Positions 19,570 through 29,839 of a stretch of 64,000 nucleotides of DNA are shown here, piece by piece. A program made the translations under genes and the position numbers. This DNA is from Blastocatellia bacterium. GTDB lineage: Bacteria > Acidobacteriota > Blastocatellia > UBA7656. The stretch is taken from contig CAVXWP010000003.1 of assembly GCA_963765495.1 (NCBI GenBank), positions 262,671-326,670 on the forward strand, read 5' to 3'. The notes beneath the pieces were generated by a model. The model did not search any database and was not told where the DNA came from. It was given only the letters and a program-made list of their open reading frames with translations. Position 1 is the first letter of the stretch. Each line of letters starts with the position of its first letter.

Positions 19570-22500
19570 TCACGGATCACGTGAACGTACCATTCTCTTG
19601 ATCACATCCTGAAGCTCGTTTGGCTTGAACGGTTTCGAGATGGCCGCGTCAATTATTTTACTGCCTTGCGCGCGTTCTAAGGCTTTATCGGCACCATAGC
19701 CGCTCATCAAGACTATCCTGGATTCTGGTTTGATGGCTTTTATTCCTTCGGCGGTGGCGATGCCGTCAACCTTCGGCATCGCGAGATCGGTAAAGACTAT
19801 ATCGAATTCGTGGTTTGCGACCAGGGCGAACGCTTCCTGGGCGCTGGCCGCTTCGATTACGTGGTGTCCTTGCTCGGTCAACATGGCCGCAAGCACTTTT
19901 CTGACAAATTTTTCATCATCTATTACAAGCACTTTGGCCGGGTTCGCGCCAGAGACGGCGTCTGTGACGGGAGCGGGCGTTTCAATTTGATCGGCCCGTG
20001 GAAGCCGTATGGTAAAGGTCGTCCCCTGTCGCAGATGGCTCTCGATATCTATGCGGCCCCTGTGGCGCTCGATTATGCGATAGCTTTCGCTGAGTCCCAT
20101 TCCAAGCCCGGAAGCGCCTTTGGTTGTAAAGAACGGTTCGAAGATGCGCCGCTTGATCTCTTCGGTCATACCGATTCCCGTATCCTGAAAACTTATCAGC
20201 ACATCCCGATCTATCACTGTAGCGGTGATCTTCAGTTGTCCACCGATAGGCATGGCGTCAAGCGCATTGAAGATCACGTTGACGAAGACCTCTCGTAATT
20301 CCGAAGGCTCGCCCCTGACCAGAGAAGCTTCGTCGGCCTGCCAGTCGAGGCTCACGTCCAGCTTGATTCCCAGCGCCTCGGCGTCGTCGCGCCATCGCGG
20401 GCGGGTTATGTCTATGGCATCGCGCACTATGTCTGAAATTCTGAACCTGATGAAATCGTCTGCGCGTGCGCGGCTGCGCGAAAAGTTCTGAATGCGCTCG
20501 ACCATGCGGGCCGCGTCCTTGGCCGACTGCTCGACTATGCGGAGGTACTTTTCTATATTGGGGTCCTTGACCTTTGGCAGGGCCAGTTGCGTGTACCCGA
20601 TGACGGCTGCCAGCGCGTTATTGAAATTGTGGGCCACACCCGAAGCGAGTTGCCCGAGCGCGCGGAGCTTATCGGCCTGCTGTTTCTGCTCGTGCTCGCG
20701 TTGCTGTTCGGTGACATCGCGCACAAGCATTATGGCTCCCGAGAGTTGATCCTGATCGTTGAAAAACGGCGACACCGTAAGCGACAACAGCACCTTTGCG
20801 CCGTCCGGCCTCTCATACCAGAGACGGGAAGAGGTGAGTTGTTTGCTTCTGATGGCCATCTGGATGGGCAAATCTTCCACGGCGACCGGGCGGTCGTCGT
20901 GATCGCTGAAGCGGTTTCTTGGAAGGGCAAAATCTTTATCCGCCTGCATCTGTTCCAGCGTGAAACCGAATATACGTTGCGCGTGCCGGTTGGCACGCAC
21001 AACCATGCCCTTTTCGTCGTTGACCAGGAGCCCCTCGGCCATCTGCTCGATGGTCGCGTTCAAGCTGGCGCGCTCTCGTTCGGCCTCTTCGCGCGCCCTG
21101 TACAGAGCGGTCAGGTCGCGCATCACCTGCACAATCGCTATGGTACGTCCGCTGTTATCTACTACCGGGTCAACGCTGACAAAGACGGGGTACTTGCTGA
21201 AAAGGCCCGCAGGCACTTCTATCGTACCTTGCTCTTTATTCTCGCGCATTCTGCAACTGGGGCATATCAGGCGTTCTTCGGGGTTCTTGTGCGACAGAAC
21301 CCCTACAGGAACGCCTATGGAATTTTCGGGAGTTATGCCGAACATGGTATAGAATGCGCGATTGCCTCGCACGAGACAATCGTTTTCGTCTATGAGCATA
21401 ACGGAGTCGTTCATTGCATCGAAAGTAGTCTGCCACTGGCTGTGGGCCGCTTCGGCCTCAGCGCGCGCCGCCTGTTCGCGTTGCAGCAATTCAAGGTGCA
21501 TGCGGTTCAAATGTTCGGCTTCATTTCGCGCCGCCCGTTCGCCTTCAAGCAGCCGGACGCGCTCCTGTTCGGCTTGCAATCGCTCCGTGATGTCGCGGGC
21601 TATTCCCTGTATGCCGATTGGCCGCCCGTCTTTATGTATCAGCCTGATGTTCACCTCAAGCGCCAGCCTGTGCCCGTCGCTGGTGAATATATCTATGACA
21701 TAGACCGGCACCGATTCTCCGGCCAGGCATTGGCGGATGGACTTGCGGGCCATTTCCAGGTGCTCGGGCACAACAACATTACTGATGTTCAGCCTGCGAG
21801 CCTCGGTTTGAGAGTAGCCTGTCAATAGTTCGGCTGTTCGGTTGATCGAAATGAAATTCCCCTCAAGGTCGTGGGTGTAAATGATGTCGTTGGCATTCTC
21901 GAAAAGATCACGGTATCGCTGTTCGTTCTCTTTTAGCGACTTCTCGGCGTTCATACGTTCGAGTTCGGCGGCGGCGCGAACGGCGAATATCTGGAGCAGG
22001 GAGCGGGCGAGTTCGATATTGGCAAGCGGTTTGGTGTGCATGAGCACAAGCAACCCCAGTGATCTGTTTGCCGAACTCCAGAGCGGAGCCCCGAGATAGC
22101 TCTCAATATTCCACTCCGCAAGTATGCGGTCGAGAGGGAATTGTTGCTGAACCCCTTGAGCATAACAACAGAGTTGTTTGCTTACGACATTCTCGCAGGG
22201 AGTATGGGCCAGTTCATACTCGAAGCCGTCAACTATCTCGCCGTGAGCGCATACGATGGTAGACCTGATGCGGTCGGTCGCATCCGTAGCAATTTCTCCG
22301 ATAAAAGCGAAATCCACTTCCAGCGTATTTGCCAGGCATATAAGCATCGAACGGAAGAACGCCTCTCCGGTCGTGGCCGAAACCCCTTCGGCCACGATGC
22401 GCAACGCCTCTTCCAAGCTTTTACGTTCCGTAATATCGTTTGCCGTTGCAAGCAGGCATTTCTCACCGTCAAAATCTATGATTTCAAAAGAGAGAAGCCC

Positions 22501-23289
22501 CGTGCGCCGCTCTCCTGACTTCACCCGGAAAGAGATCTCCACATCACGGACCCGGCCATGCTCTTTTAGCGTTTTAAGCACTACCGCCCGGTCTTTCAGG
22601 TCTTCCCAGAACCCGGTCTCAAATGCTGTGCGCCCTATTACCTCCTCGCGCGTGTAGCCGGTCGCATGCAGGAAGCCTTCATTCACTTCGATGTAGCGGC
22701 CTTCTTCGATTGAACTGATTGTCATCGGGACGGGGCTGGCATCGAAAACCTTAAAGAATCGCACTTCTGATTTGCTCAGGAATTGTTCGGCGTGCTTGGG
22801 CTCGGTGATGTTGTTAAAGATCACGACAGCGCCAAATATCTCCCCATCGGGTCCGGGCAGCGGGCCGCAATTTATCAGGTGATGTCTCAGCGTGTTGTCG
22901 GATGTGATGAATCTGTACTGGCGGTCGCGGATGGTTTCGCCGCGAAGCGCGATTGTCAGAGGCGAAGGAATCGGCTCTTTGTCGGAATCTGCCGGAATCC
23001 AGTATTGTTCGCATTCCGCCAGGGTCAACCCTTCCGAAGCCAGGCCGAGAAGCTCAGCGCCGGCTCGATTTACCAGAATCGGAGGTTTGCCGGACGCGCA
23101 GACGATCAATACGCCTTCGGGCATTTGATCAAGAAAGACCTTTAACTGCGCCCGATTTGCTTCGTTTGCGAACCAGGACGAATCGATGTGTGTGAAGCTT
23201 TCAGGGTCTATCCTGCCAATCATAGAGTGCTTCCTTATAAACCCGGTGAGCGAGAGCCTATGAGATAGGGTGCATTGTAACATCCACAT
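19570..23289 (-). CDS. Hybrid sensor histidine kinase (multiple PAS, GAF, HisKA, HATPase, REC)
   Basis: GVAHNFNN H-box, FEPFFTTKG..GMGL, receiver VFTDLAMP; true start may be about 23223. Confidence 0.93.
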   Translation of the reverse strand: MWMLQCTLSHRLSLTGFIRKHSMIGRIDPESFTHIDSSWFANEANRAQLKVFLDQMPEGVLIVCASGKPPILVNRAGAELLGLASEGLTLAECEQYWIPADSDKEPIPSPLTIALRGETIRDRQYRFITSDNTLRHHLINCGPLPGPDGEIFGAVVIFNNITEPKHAEQFLSKSEVRFFKVFDASPVPMTISSIEEGRYIEVNEGFLHATGYTREEVIGRTAFETGFWEDLKDRAVVLKTLKEHGRVRDVEISFRVKSGERRTGLLSFEIIDFDGEKCLLATANDITERKSLEEALRIVAEGVSATTGEAFFRSMLICLANTLEVDFAFIGEIATDATDRIRSTIVCAHGEIVDGFEYELAHTPCENVVSKQLCCYAQGVQQQFPLDRILAEWNIESYLGAPLWSSANRSLGLLVLMHTKPLANIELARSLLQIFAVRAAAELERMNAEKSLKENEQRYRDLFENANDIIYTHDLEGNFISINRTAELLTGYSQTEARRLNISNVVVPEHLEMARKSIRQCLAGESVPVYVIDIFTSDGHRLALEVNIRLIHKDGRPIGIQGIARDITERLQAEQERVRLLEGERAARNEAEHLNRMHLELLQREQAARAEAEAAHSQWQTTFDAMNDSVMLIDENDCLVRGNRAFYTMFGITPENSIGVPVGVLSHKNPEERLICPSCRMRENKEQGTIEVPAGLFSKYPVFVSVDPVVDNSGRTIAIVQVMRDLTALYRAREEAERERASLNATIEQMAEGLLVNDEKGMVVRANRHAQRIFGFTLEQMQADKDFALPRNRFSDHDDRPVAVEDLPIQMAIRSKQLTSSRLWYERPDGAKVLLSLTVSPFFNDQDQLSGAIMLVRDVTEQQREHEQKQQADKLRALGQLASGVAHNFNNALAAVIGYTQLALPKVKDPNIEKYLRIVEQSAKDAARMVERIQNFSRSRARADDFIRFRISDIVRDAIDITRPRWRDDAEALGIKLDVSLDWQADEASLVRGEPSELREVFVNVIFNALDAMPIGGQLKITATVIDRDVLISFQDTGIGMTEEIKRRIFEPFFTTKGASGLGMGLSESYRIIERHRGRIDIESHLRQGTTFTIRLPRADQIETPAPVTDAVSGANPAKVLVIDDEKFVRKVLAAMLTEQGHHVIEAASAQEAFALVANHEFDIVFTDLAMPKVDGIATAEGIKAIKPESRIVLMSGYGADKALERAQGSKIIDAAISKPFKPNELQDVIKRMVRSRDP

Positions 23290-23508
23290 CGAAAGAATAG
23301 AAGAGATACGTTTTCATCACGCGTCACCAACGCATGTAAGAAATGCCGAATGAAAAAGGAGTCAGGCTTGATATCGGGCTAACTCGCAAGAACCTGTTCT
23401 CGCTCTCGCAACCTTCCCTTGCATACTTATTGATAACCCCCGCTCTTTGCAGGAGCATCGGCGCGGCTCTTTTTCTACTTCAATTTATCAGGTTTATAGT
23501 ATTTGAGT

Positions 23509-23652
23509 CAGCAATTCTCGGTTTAGAAATTCTGTCTTAACAAGAAGTGAACCACGAAATACACGAAGCACACGAAATAGAAGAATTATTCGTGTATTTA
23601 GTCTGTTTCGTGGTATATCCCGGTGCGATTTCCTCTAAACCGAGAATTGCTG
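23509..23652. mobile_element. MITE-like element with perfect 19-bp terminal inverted repeats
   Basis: CAGCAATTCTCGGTTTAGA (23509-23527) and TCTAAACCGAGAATTGCTG (23634-23652) enclose inverted 9-mer repeats (cacgaaata / ttcgtg). Confidence 0.65.
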
Positions 23653-23876
23653 TATTTGAATGGACTCACAGAGTTAACCCTGTTTTTTTAGTGGTAAAAC
23701 TTACGTATTTTCGCCTCTCTTTCTTGACATGGATTTCTTAATCCTGCACGATTTGAGAGAGCTTCGCATCATTGGCAGGCGCACCTCCATTCTTTTTACT
23801 TTGATGTGAAGTTCGAGTGAGAGCGTGATTAAGGAGCGCTTCAGCAACGACTCCGAGAAGGCAGTAAATCTTTTAG

Positions 23877-25025
23877 ATGATTTCTCGGATGACGATCAGA
23901 CTCTGGCGGATTCAGCTTGTTGAGGCGTGCTCTCGTATTCTTGAGACAATCCGAGAATCAACTGTGCAAGAACAAGAAGGATTGATTTCCATTTTACCGT
24001 CTCCAGAGACTCTCACGGAGAGTACCGCGCGGGAACTTTTCCTGGCGATCAGAGGCAGTGTGAGGCCGGAACTTCTTCGAGAACTACAAGCCCTGTACCG
24101 GACTGAATTGAGGTCAGACGAAGTGCTGGCAGAAATCCATGCGCTGGAGACCAGGTTGCAGACGGTCGACAGGTATGTCGTCGGCCTGCTGCCCCGGCTC
24201 GGAGAGACGACCTTCGGGCTCGGATGGGAAACGCGGCAGCTTGATTTTCGCAACAAGGAGGTGGATGGCGTAGAGCGGGCAACAGCGATTGCGCCGCTCC
24301 TCTTTTCATCTGAGAATCTCGACTGCGTACACGGCCCTTATACTATAATGCCGCTGATCATGCTGGCGGAGTCGATTCTTCACAATGGAGAGGTGATTAC
24401 AGAGGTCGCGAGCATTTCCTGGGTCAAGCCCATTCGCAACGAGCTTTGCCTGACAGTGTTTGATCCGAGTGCTTATTCCCAGACGCCACCCGATTGCTCT
24501 GTGAAAGGGCACTTCGTCACCTCGATGAATCGGACATTGGAGTTTTGGGGCGAGGAACTGGATCAGTCTCCGGTGCTGGCTCAAGCCGGTTACAATGTGT
24601 TATCGCAAAAGCTTCATGCCGGTCAACAACTGCAAATCGGCGCGGATCAGGAAGGTGTCGAACTGACATTTAACGCCGCAGGATTGGCTGAATGCGTGCG
24701 CGTGGCGGCCGGCTCACAGGCAATGGCTGCCGCGATTTTGTTAGACCTCGTGCCGATTGTAATTCTCAACTGGAAGCGCGGCACTCCGATGCTTGACTGC
24801 GGCTACAAACGGGTCCCCGTTCCGAGGAGCATCGGCGCGGCGCTCAAGCCGGAAACCAGGCTTGAGATAAGATACTGCAAGGAGAGAAGCCACCGATCAA
24901 AAAACTCCGGCTTGTGGGTCGCGTGGTACGAATTCAGATACTTTCCCTATCAGACGACTTACTCGCAAATGGCGATGGCCGAAGCCACGACGGTCGAAGA
25001 GATGCTGATGAAACTTCATTCGTAG
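23877..25025 (+). CDS. Hypothetical protein, probably co-transcribed with the 2OG-Fe(II) oxygenase
   Basis: 382-aa ORF ending 13 bp before the next gene; no family confidently recognised. Confidence 0.7.
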   Translation: MISRMTIRLWRIQLVEACSRILETIRESTVQEQEGLISILPSPETLTESTARELFLAIRGSVRPELLRELQALYRTELRSDEVLAEIHALETRLQTVDRYVVGLLPRLGETTFGLGWETRQLDFRNKEVDGVERATAIAPLLFSSENLDCVHGPYTIMPLIMLAESILHNGEVITEVASISWVKPIRNELCLTVFDPSAYSQTPPDCSVKGHFVTSMNRTLEFWGEELDQSPVLAQAGYNVLSQKLHAGQQLQIGADQEGVELTFNAAGLAECVRVAAGSQAMAAAILLDLVPIVILNWKRGTPMLDCGYKRVPVPRSIGAALKPETRLEIRYCKERSHRSKNSGLWVAWYEFRYFPYQTTYSQMAMAEATTVEEMLMKLHS

Positions 25026-25038
25026 AGGAGAAGCCTGC

Positions 25039-25665
25039 ATGCCTGAATTCATTCAACCCTTTGGCCCCTTCATCATGCTTGATCGCGTTTCTGAATCGCT
25101 TCTGGAGACCGTAAACAGAATCGGGGATGTGGTGCTGGCCGATGAAGAGAAGAGCAAAAAGTGGGACTGGTCGCGCCGCCTGGCGGGCAATGTGCGCAGG
25201 CAGGTTTTGGTGCCCTTTGCCAACCAGCAGGAACAAGACCGGGTGTTGGATGAACTGAAAGCCAAGTGCACACAGTACTACAACTTTCTAAGAGAAAAGG
25301 GAGCTATTCTTGATACAAAGGATGTCAGGCCGGAAGATTTCGAGATGAAAGGGCTGTGGCTTGTAAGTCAATACGCCGGGGATTTCAATCCCGTCCATAA
25401 ACATGGCGGCGACTTTTCCAGCGTGGTCTATCTTAAAGTGCCGGAAACGCTGAAACAGGAATGGTCAACCGGCAGCCATTACCCTTGCGGCGGATTGTTG
25501 GAGTTTGTTGATGGACGGCCAAACCAATATGTCAGAACGGGGTATCAGCTGCGGCCAGAGCCGGGGTTGATTGCTCTGTTCCCCGCCTGGTTAATGCACA
25601 CGGTCTATGCTTTTCGGGCCGAAGGCGAGCGGCGCTCAATGAGCTTCAATGTCATGCTGAAATAG
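25039..25665 (+). CDS. Putative 2OG-Fe(II) oxygenase
   Basis: GAGGAG RBS; FNPVHKH..SSVVYL, LFPAWLMHTVY, RRSMSFN motifs. Confidence 0.82.
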   Translation: MPEFIQPFGPFIMLDRVSESLLETVNRIGDVVLADEEKSKKWDWSRRLAGNVRRQVLVPFANQQEQDRVLDELKAKCTQYYNFLREKGAILDTKDVRPEDFEMKGLWLVSQYAGDFNPVHKHGGDFSSVVYLKVPETLKQEWSTGSHYPCGGLLEFVDGRPNQYVRTGYQLRPEPGLIALFPAWLMHTVYAFRAEGERRSMSFNVMLK

Positions 25666-25698
25666 CCGCGCAACCCGCCGATTAACGCGATCCGCCGA

Positions 25699-27711
25699 TT
25701 AACGCGATCCGCTATTTCGCCAATGAGTCAGAACCGCCACTTTGACGATTTCTCTGTTCTCCTCGTCGGGGAAGTCATCGGGCCAGTTGATATCCAGAGG
25801 CCGCAATCGCAGGGTAACTTTTAGATTGAGGACTCTCTGGTATTCGGTGCGGTCCAGCACAAGGCTTAACAACCGGCCGTCCTCTTCGATTACCCAGCCG
25901 CGCGCTTTGCTGTCTTCGATGAAAACCTCCATCGCGGCTTCGGAGATGACGATGCTTTGATCGGGGCGGTTCTCTAGCGCCCGCCGCAAGCTCCTTCTAT
26001 CCCTGGCAGCATCCAACAGCTTTAGCAAAACTTGCGCGCTCGGTGTCAGAGGGCACCACTCTTCGGTTCGGCAATCTCTCGTGTCAAGCACGTAAGGTTG
26101 ACCCTCGACCTCTTTGATCTCAAGCGTCACCCCGCGTCTGGCCGCATCCTGCCAGACGTGAGCGGCATCCAGGGCCGGGCGAGCGTACTGGCGCGGGTCG
26201 CTGTCGTCTTCGTAGTCGTACTCGAAATAATAAGCCACTCGCTGCCGGTCCGCTTCGTCAAGCTCCGAATAGGCGATGTCGTAAGCCCAGTAAGGCCGGA
26301 TATTTTTGATGCCGTACTTTTCAGGGTTCGCCCAGTATGGCGCGAAGCGGTCCAGTCTGACTTTTGAGAGATCGCCCGGAGGCGGCAGATGCGACAGTAG
26401 CGGCATCAGTTCAGCCATCGCCAGATAATCCTGCACATCCTCGCGGGGGAAGCCATAGAGCAGATTCCAGGCCAATAAAATACCGAATTCCTGTGCCCAT
26501 TTGAGCAGTTGGATATTTTGCAGACGGCTCGTTCCTTTGCCCATCAGCCTCAAGATGGCGGTGCTCAGACTCTCGATGCCGGGCTGTAGTCCGGTGATGC
26601 CCGAAGCCGCCATTACGGCGAGTTGTTCCTTGCTCAAATTGCTTTTGGTCTCGTAGAAAAACGAAAACTCGTCGCCTTGAGCGATCAACTCCGGCAGGAT
26701 CGTCTTGATATATTTGAGATCGAGAATATTGTCGGTGACGCCAAAAAAGGTCGGGCCGTAGCGGCTGGAAAGAGTGCGAATCTCGGCGGCAAACTTCTGG
26801 GGGTGCTTGCTTCGATAGGGCATCATCGCGCCGCCGTTCAGACCGCAGAAAGTGCAGTGCGATTTCATGCCCCACCAGCAGCCCCGCGAAGACTCGACCG
26901 CAAGGCGGGCTTTGCTTTCAATCTCAGTACCTTTGATGATCTCAAAATAATGATCGAAATTTGGCAGCGGCAGCGCGTCCATGTCATGAACCATCGGGCC
27001 GGTAACAAAGCGGGGCAGGCGTTGGCCTTGGCTCTCAGCGCCGTTGCAGATTCGCGTGACCAGTTCAACGATAATGCTTTCCGCTTCGCCCGAGACGACC
27101 TGATCGATGAAGGGGAAATTGGCGGCCAGCGTCTCGCCCATGGTGGCTTCACAGTTGGCCCCGCCGAAGATTATGGTTACCTCATCGGGTGAAGCCAGTC
27201 GCCGTACTTCTTTAGCGAGCGCCAGGGCCGCGATGTTCTGTTGGAAAGTGGAGGTAAACCCGATTATTCTCGGCCGGTCTTTTAGAATCTCCTCGGCCCA
27301 GAGGCGCACAACCCCGGGCGATTCGGCATACGCTGATCGGAGTTGATCAACGCGCGCTTCCCATTGGCTGCGAGATTCCAGCGCCATGGGAGACTGCGCG
27401 GTGTGCAATCGCTCGTGCCAAAGATCTATCTCGGTTTCATAATGTGACCAGGGAATCGCTTTGTCACCCCACAGCGCCGGCGTGAATATAATTTCGCCGA
27501 GCAAAAACGGGCACGGGACACCGCCTGCAACATAGTTGTACAAATCCCATCCGATGGCTTGCAGATAAGAGATGTTCAGGTATTCGATATCGGCCGCGAT
27601 CCCGGCTTCAGCCAGCACGGAGTGCAGCGAACTGACGCCCAGTGAGGGCTGATAGGCCGGCAGAAACGGGGTGACGACAAACCGAACAACTGGCGTAGTA
27701 GGTCCTGGCAC
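25699..27711 (-). CDS. B12-dependent RiPP-maturation radical SAM C-methyltransferase (TIGR03975/PoyC-like)
   Basis: PSLG start, GFTSTFQQN, GGANCE, SSRGCWWGMKSHCTFCGLNG (CX7CX2C), QPGIESLS, WNLLYGFP. Confidence 0.9.
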   Translation of the reverse strand: MPGPTTPVVRFVVTPFLPAYQPSLGVSSLHSVLAEAGIAADIEYLNISYLQAIGWDLYNYVAGGVPCPFLLGEIIFTPALWGDKAIPWSHYETEIDLWHERLHTAQSPMALESRSQWEARVDQLRSAYAESPGVVRLWAEEILKDRPRIIGFTSTFQQNIAALALAKEVRRLASPDEVTIIFGGANCEATMGETLAANFPFIDQVVSGEAESIIVELVTRICNGAESQGQRLPRFVTGPMVHDMDALPLPNFDHYFEIIKGTEIESKARLAVESSRGCWWGMKSHCTFCGLNGGAMMPYRSKHPQKFAAEIRTLSSRYGPTFFGVTDNILDLKYIKTILPELIAQGDEFSFFYETKSNLSKEQLAVMAASGITGLQPGIESLSTAILRLMGKGTSRLQNIQLLKWAQEFGILLAWNLLYGFPREDVQDYLAMAELMPLLSHLPPPGDLSKVRLDRFAPYWANPEKYGIKNIRPYWAYDIAYSELDEADRQRVAYYFEYDYEDDSDPRQYARPALDAAHVWQDAARRGVTLEIKEVEGQPYVLDTRDCRTEEWCPLTPSAQVLLKLLDAARDRRSLRRALENRPDQSIVISEAAMEVFIEDSKARGWVIEEDGRLLSLVLDRTEYQRVLNLKVTLRLRPLDINWPDDFPDEENREIVKVAVLTHWRNSGSR

Positions 27712-27826
27712 AGATTTTCTATCCTTTATTTTCTGGTCTTTTCCGCTATTTTCTGGATTCCTCTGAAGAGATCATCGAGCCGCCTTGCCGCCTTATCGGC
27801 AGCCGAGCCAAACGCTCGCCAGGGGA

Positions 27827-29263
27827 TCAGCGAACTCCAACCCCAACCAGCAGCTTTCTCAGTTGCGAGGAGTAATTGGCTTCGCACAATTCGTCCTTAT
27901 GCTGTAGCGTGCCGTAAGTGAACCATGCGCCGGCCCTGCACCCGCCACCGCAGTTGGAGACAAATTTGCAACTGGAACACCCTTCGATTTCGTAAGACTT
28001 GACCCGTAGCCCCTTTTCCTCGACTCTGCGAAATATCTGCTCGAAATCTTCCGTGAAGACATTGCCGATCATCAGCTTTTCGTCTTTGGTCAAATGGCAG
28101 GGATAGACATCGCCGTTCCAATCTATATCAACCAGCGAATGCGCCATGCCGCAGATGAAAGTTGAATTCGGGGCCATCACGCTGCAAACTTCCGGGCCGG
28201 CATAGCGCCGACTGCGCTCCGCCACCAGCTCAAGACCAAATTTGTCGATCATGTGCAGGTTGAACTCCTTGATCGCCTCCGTCAGCGCCCCGGTGCTCAA
28301 TGTTAGATTCGTGTAATCAAGCCCGGCATGCGGAAACTCCTTCAATTGGTTTGGCGAGAAATAGCCGCCATGGGCGAGCGCCAGCTCGGCGATCTGCGGC
28401 ATCTCATGCATATTGCCCTCGTGCAGCGTCGGTGCCAGCACGAAGGGGAGTTTGTTTGCAATGATGCTGTTGATGGCCGACATGACTTTGGGGAAATGTC
28501 CCTTTCCTCTCGTGCGCTCGTGAGTCTCTGGCGTGATTCCATCGAGACTCACCTGAATATAGTCAAAGCAGGTGAAGGATTTGATCCGCCGGGCAGTCTC
28601 TTCGGTGATGTAAGTCCCGTTAGTCAGGATGATAAAGTTCAACTGCCGATCTTCAATGAGCTGGAGAATCTCAAAAATTCGGCTGTGACTAAACGCTTCG
28701 CCACCAGTGACGATAACATTGCATTGCGGATTGATGGCGCGGATTCGGTCGAGCGCGAGGGCGGCCATCTCTACCGGCATCTCCGTGCCGGTGCGGTTGG
28801 CCAGTCCTTGATAGCAGTACGGACAGGCAAGATCGCAAGCACGAGTGACCGTAAAGTAAACCGCGCTCAGCGGCAACTCTTCTATCTCGGGCGGTGCCGT
28901 GCGAGTCCAGCCTTCGGTCACCATCCGATTGACGAAGTGATCGGCGCGCCGGGCGGCACTATCCGGGGAATCGCCAAACTGGGTGTAGTAACGAATGAGA
29001 TTCTCTTTGTCCGTGGGAGCGAACATGAAAATATGGAACGCCATCATATCCATGGTATTAAAGGCGCTCAAGGCTCCCACCCTGGGTTTGCTGACTACAT
29101 AGACCCCCTGATACTCCTCGATCTGGATTCCATTCGGGTCGTTTTCGTCTTCCGGTCTCGCCCCTATGGGCAGTACCCGGATTTGCCGGTCTCGGACATT
29201 AACCGTTGCCGTGCCTCTCGCTTCAGACTTCTTTTTCAATTGTATTAGTGTTTGCGTAGACAT
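27827..29263 (-). CDS. Radical SAM/SPASM peptide maturase with probable N-terminal RRE
   Basis: CDLACPYC, TGGE, SLDG; SPASM CGM..GDVYPC..CSSCKFVSNCGGGC..C; about 130-aa N-terminal extension. Confidence 0.9.
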   Translation of the reverse strand: MSTQTLIQLKKKSEARGTATVNVRDRQIRVLPIGARPEDENDPNGIQIEEYQGVYVVSKPRVGALSAFNTMDMMAFHIFMFAPTDKENLIRYYTQFGDSPDSAARRADHFVNRMVTEGWTRTAPPEIEELPLSAVYFTVTRACDLACPYCYQGLANRTGTEMPVEMAALALDRIRAINPQCNVIVTGGEAFSHSRIFEILQLIEDRQLNFIILTNGTYITEETARRIKSFTCFDYIQVSLDGITPETHERTRGKGHFPKVMSAINSIIANKLPFVLAPTLHEGNMHEMPQIAELALAHGGYFSPNQLKEFPHAGLDYTNLTLSTGALTEAIKEFNLHMIDKFGLELVAERSRRYAGPEVCSVMAPNSTFICGMAHSLVDIDWNGDVYPCHLTKDEKLMIGNVFTEDFEQIFRRVEEKGLRVKSYEIEGCSSCKFVSNCGGGCRAGAWFTYGTLQHKDELCEANYSSQLRKLLVGVGVR

Positions 29264-29617
29264 TTTTTGTCCATCCCTTGAGCGTGTGGAGAAATGAGAG
29301 GAGAGACAGCCGAAACGGGCAAAAGGTCAATGCTCTGAACAGACTACCCTATCCGACTGACCTCTCCGATGAATTGTGGCTATTGCTCTTAAACCGACAC
29401 CGCCGTTTCTGCGCGGTCGCCAGCAAATCGTAGGTTTGCGGGAAATCGTTAACGCCATGATGAGATCGAAGGCTTTGAAGTAGCGCCTGGACCCCGGATC
29501 GTTGAACGAGCCTTAAACAAAGAAAGCACGGGGAACCACAGAGCCACTCCCCCGCTGAAGCCTTACTCCGTGTCCCTCTGGCCTGCTCTGATCGCGGCGG
29601 AGTGGTTGAGAAGTTAC

Positions 29618-29839
29618 TTACAATCCAACCGTGCCACAGATAACGCAGCCTACGCTCACGCAGGCGCTTGCATCTGCCGCAGACACGGCGCCGGCAGCTT
29701 CAGCCGGTGCCCCGACCTTCAACCCGCTTGTGTCCACTCCCTTTGAGGCGAGATACCCTTTGGGGTCTTGCACGAACTGCTTGGCTGAGGCCGGGTCGGA
29801 ACGAACCTCATTAATGGCATCTGCAAAATTTTTATCCAT
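29618..29839 (-). CDS. RiPP precursor peptide (73 aa, NHLP-like leader, Cys/Val-rich core)
   Basis: AAGGA RBS before ATG 29839; MDKNFADAINEVRSDPASAKQFVQDPKGYLASKG..ADASACVSVGCVICGTVGL; directly upstream of two rSAM genes. Confidence 0.85.
   Translation of the reverse strand: MDKNFADAINEVRSDPASAKQFVQDPKGYLASKGVDTSGLKVGAPAEAAGAVSAADASACVSVGCVICGTVGL

Noticed and set aside
25680-25712. 17-bp tandem duplication at the end of the methyltransferase gene as an insertion scar
   Set aside because: Simple local duplication with no other mobility evidence
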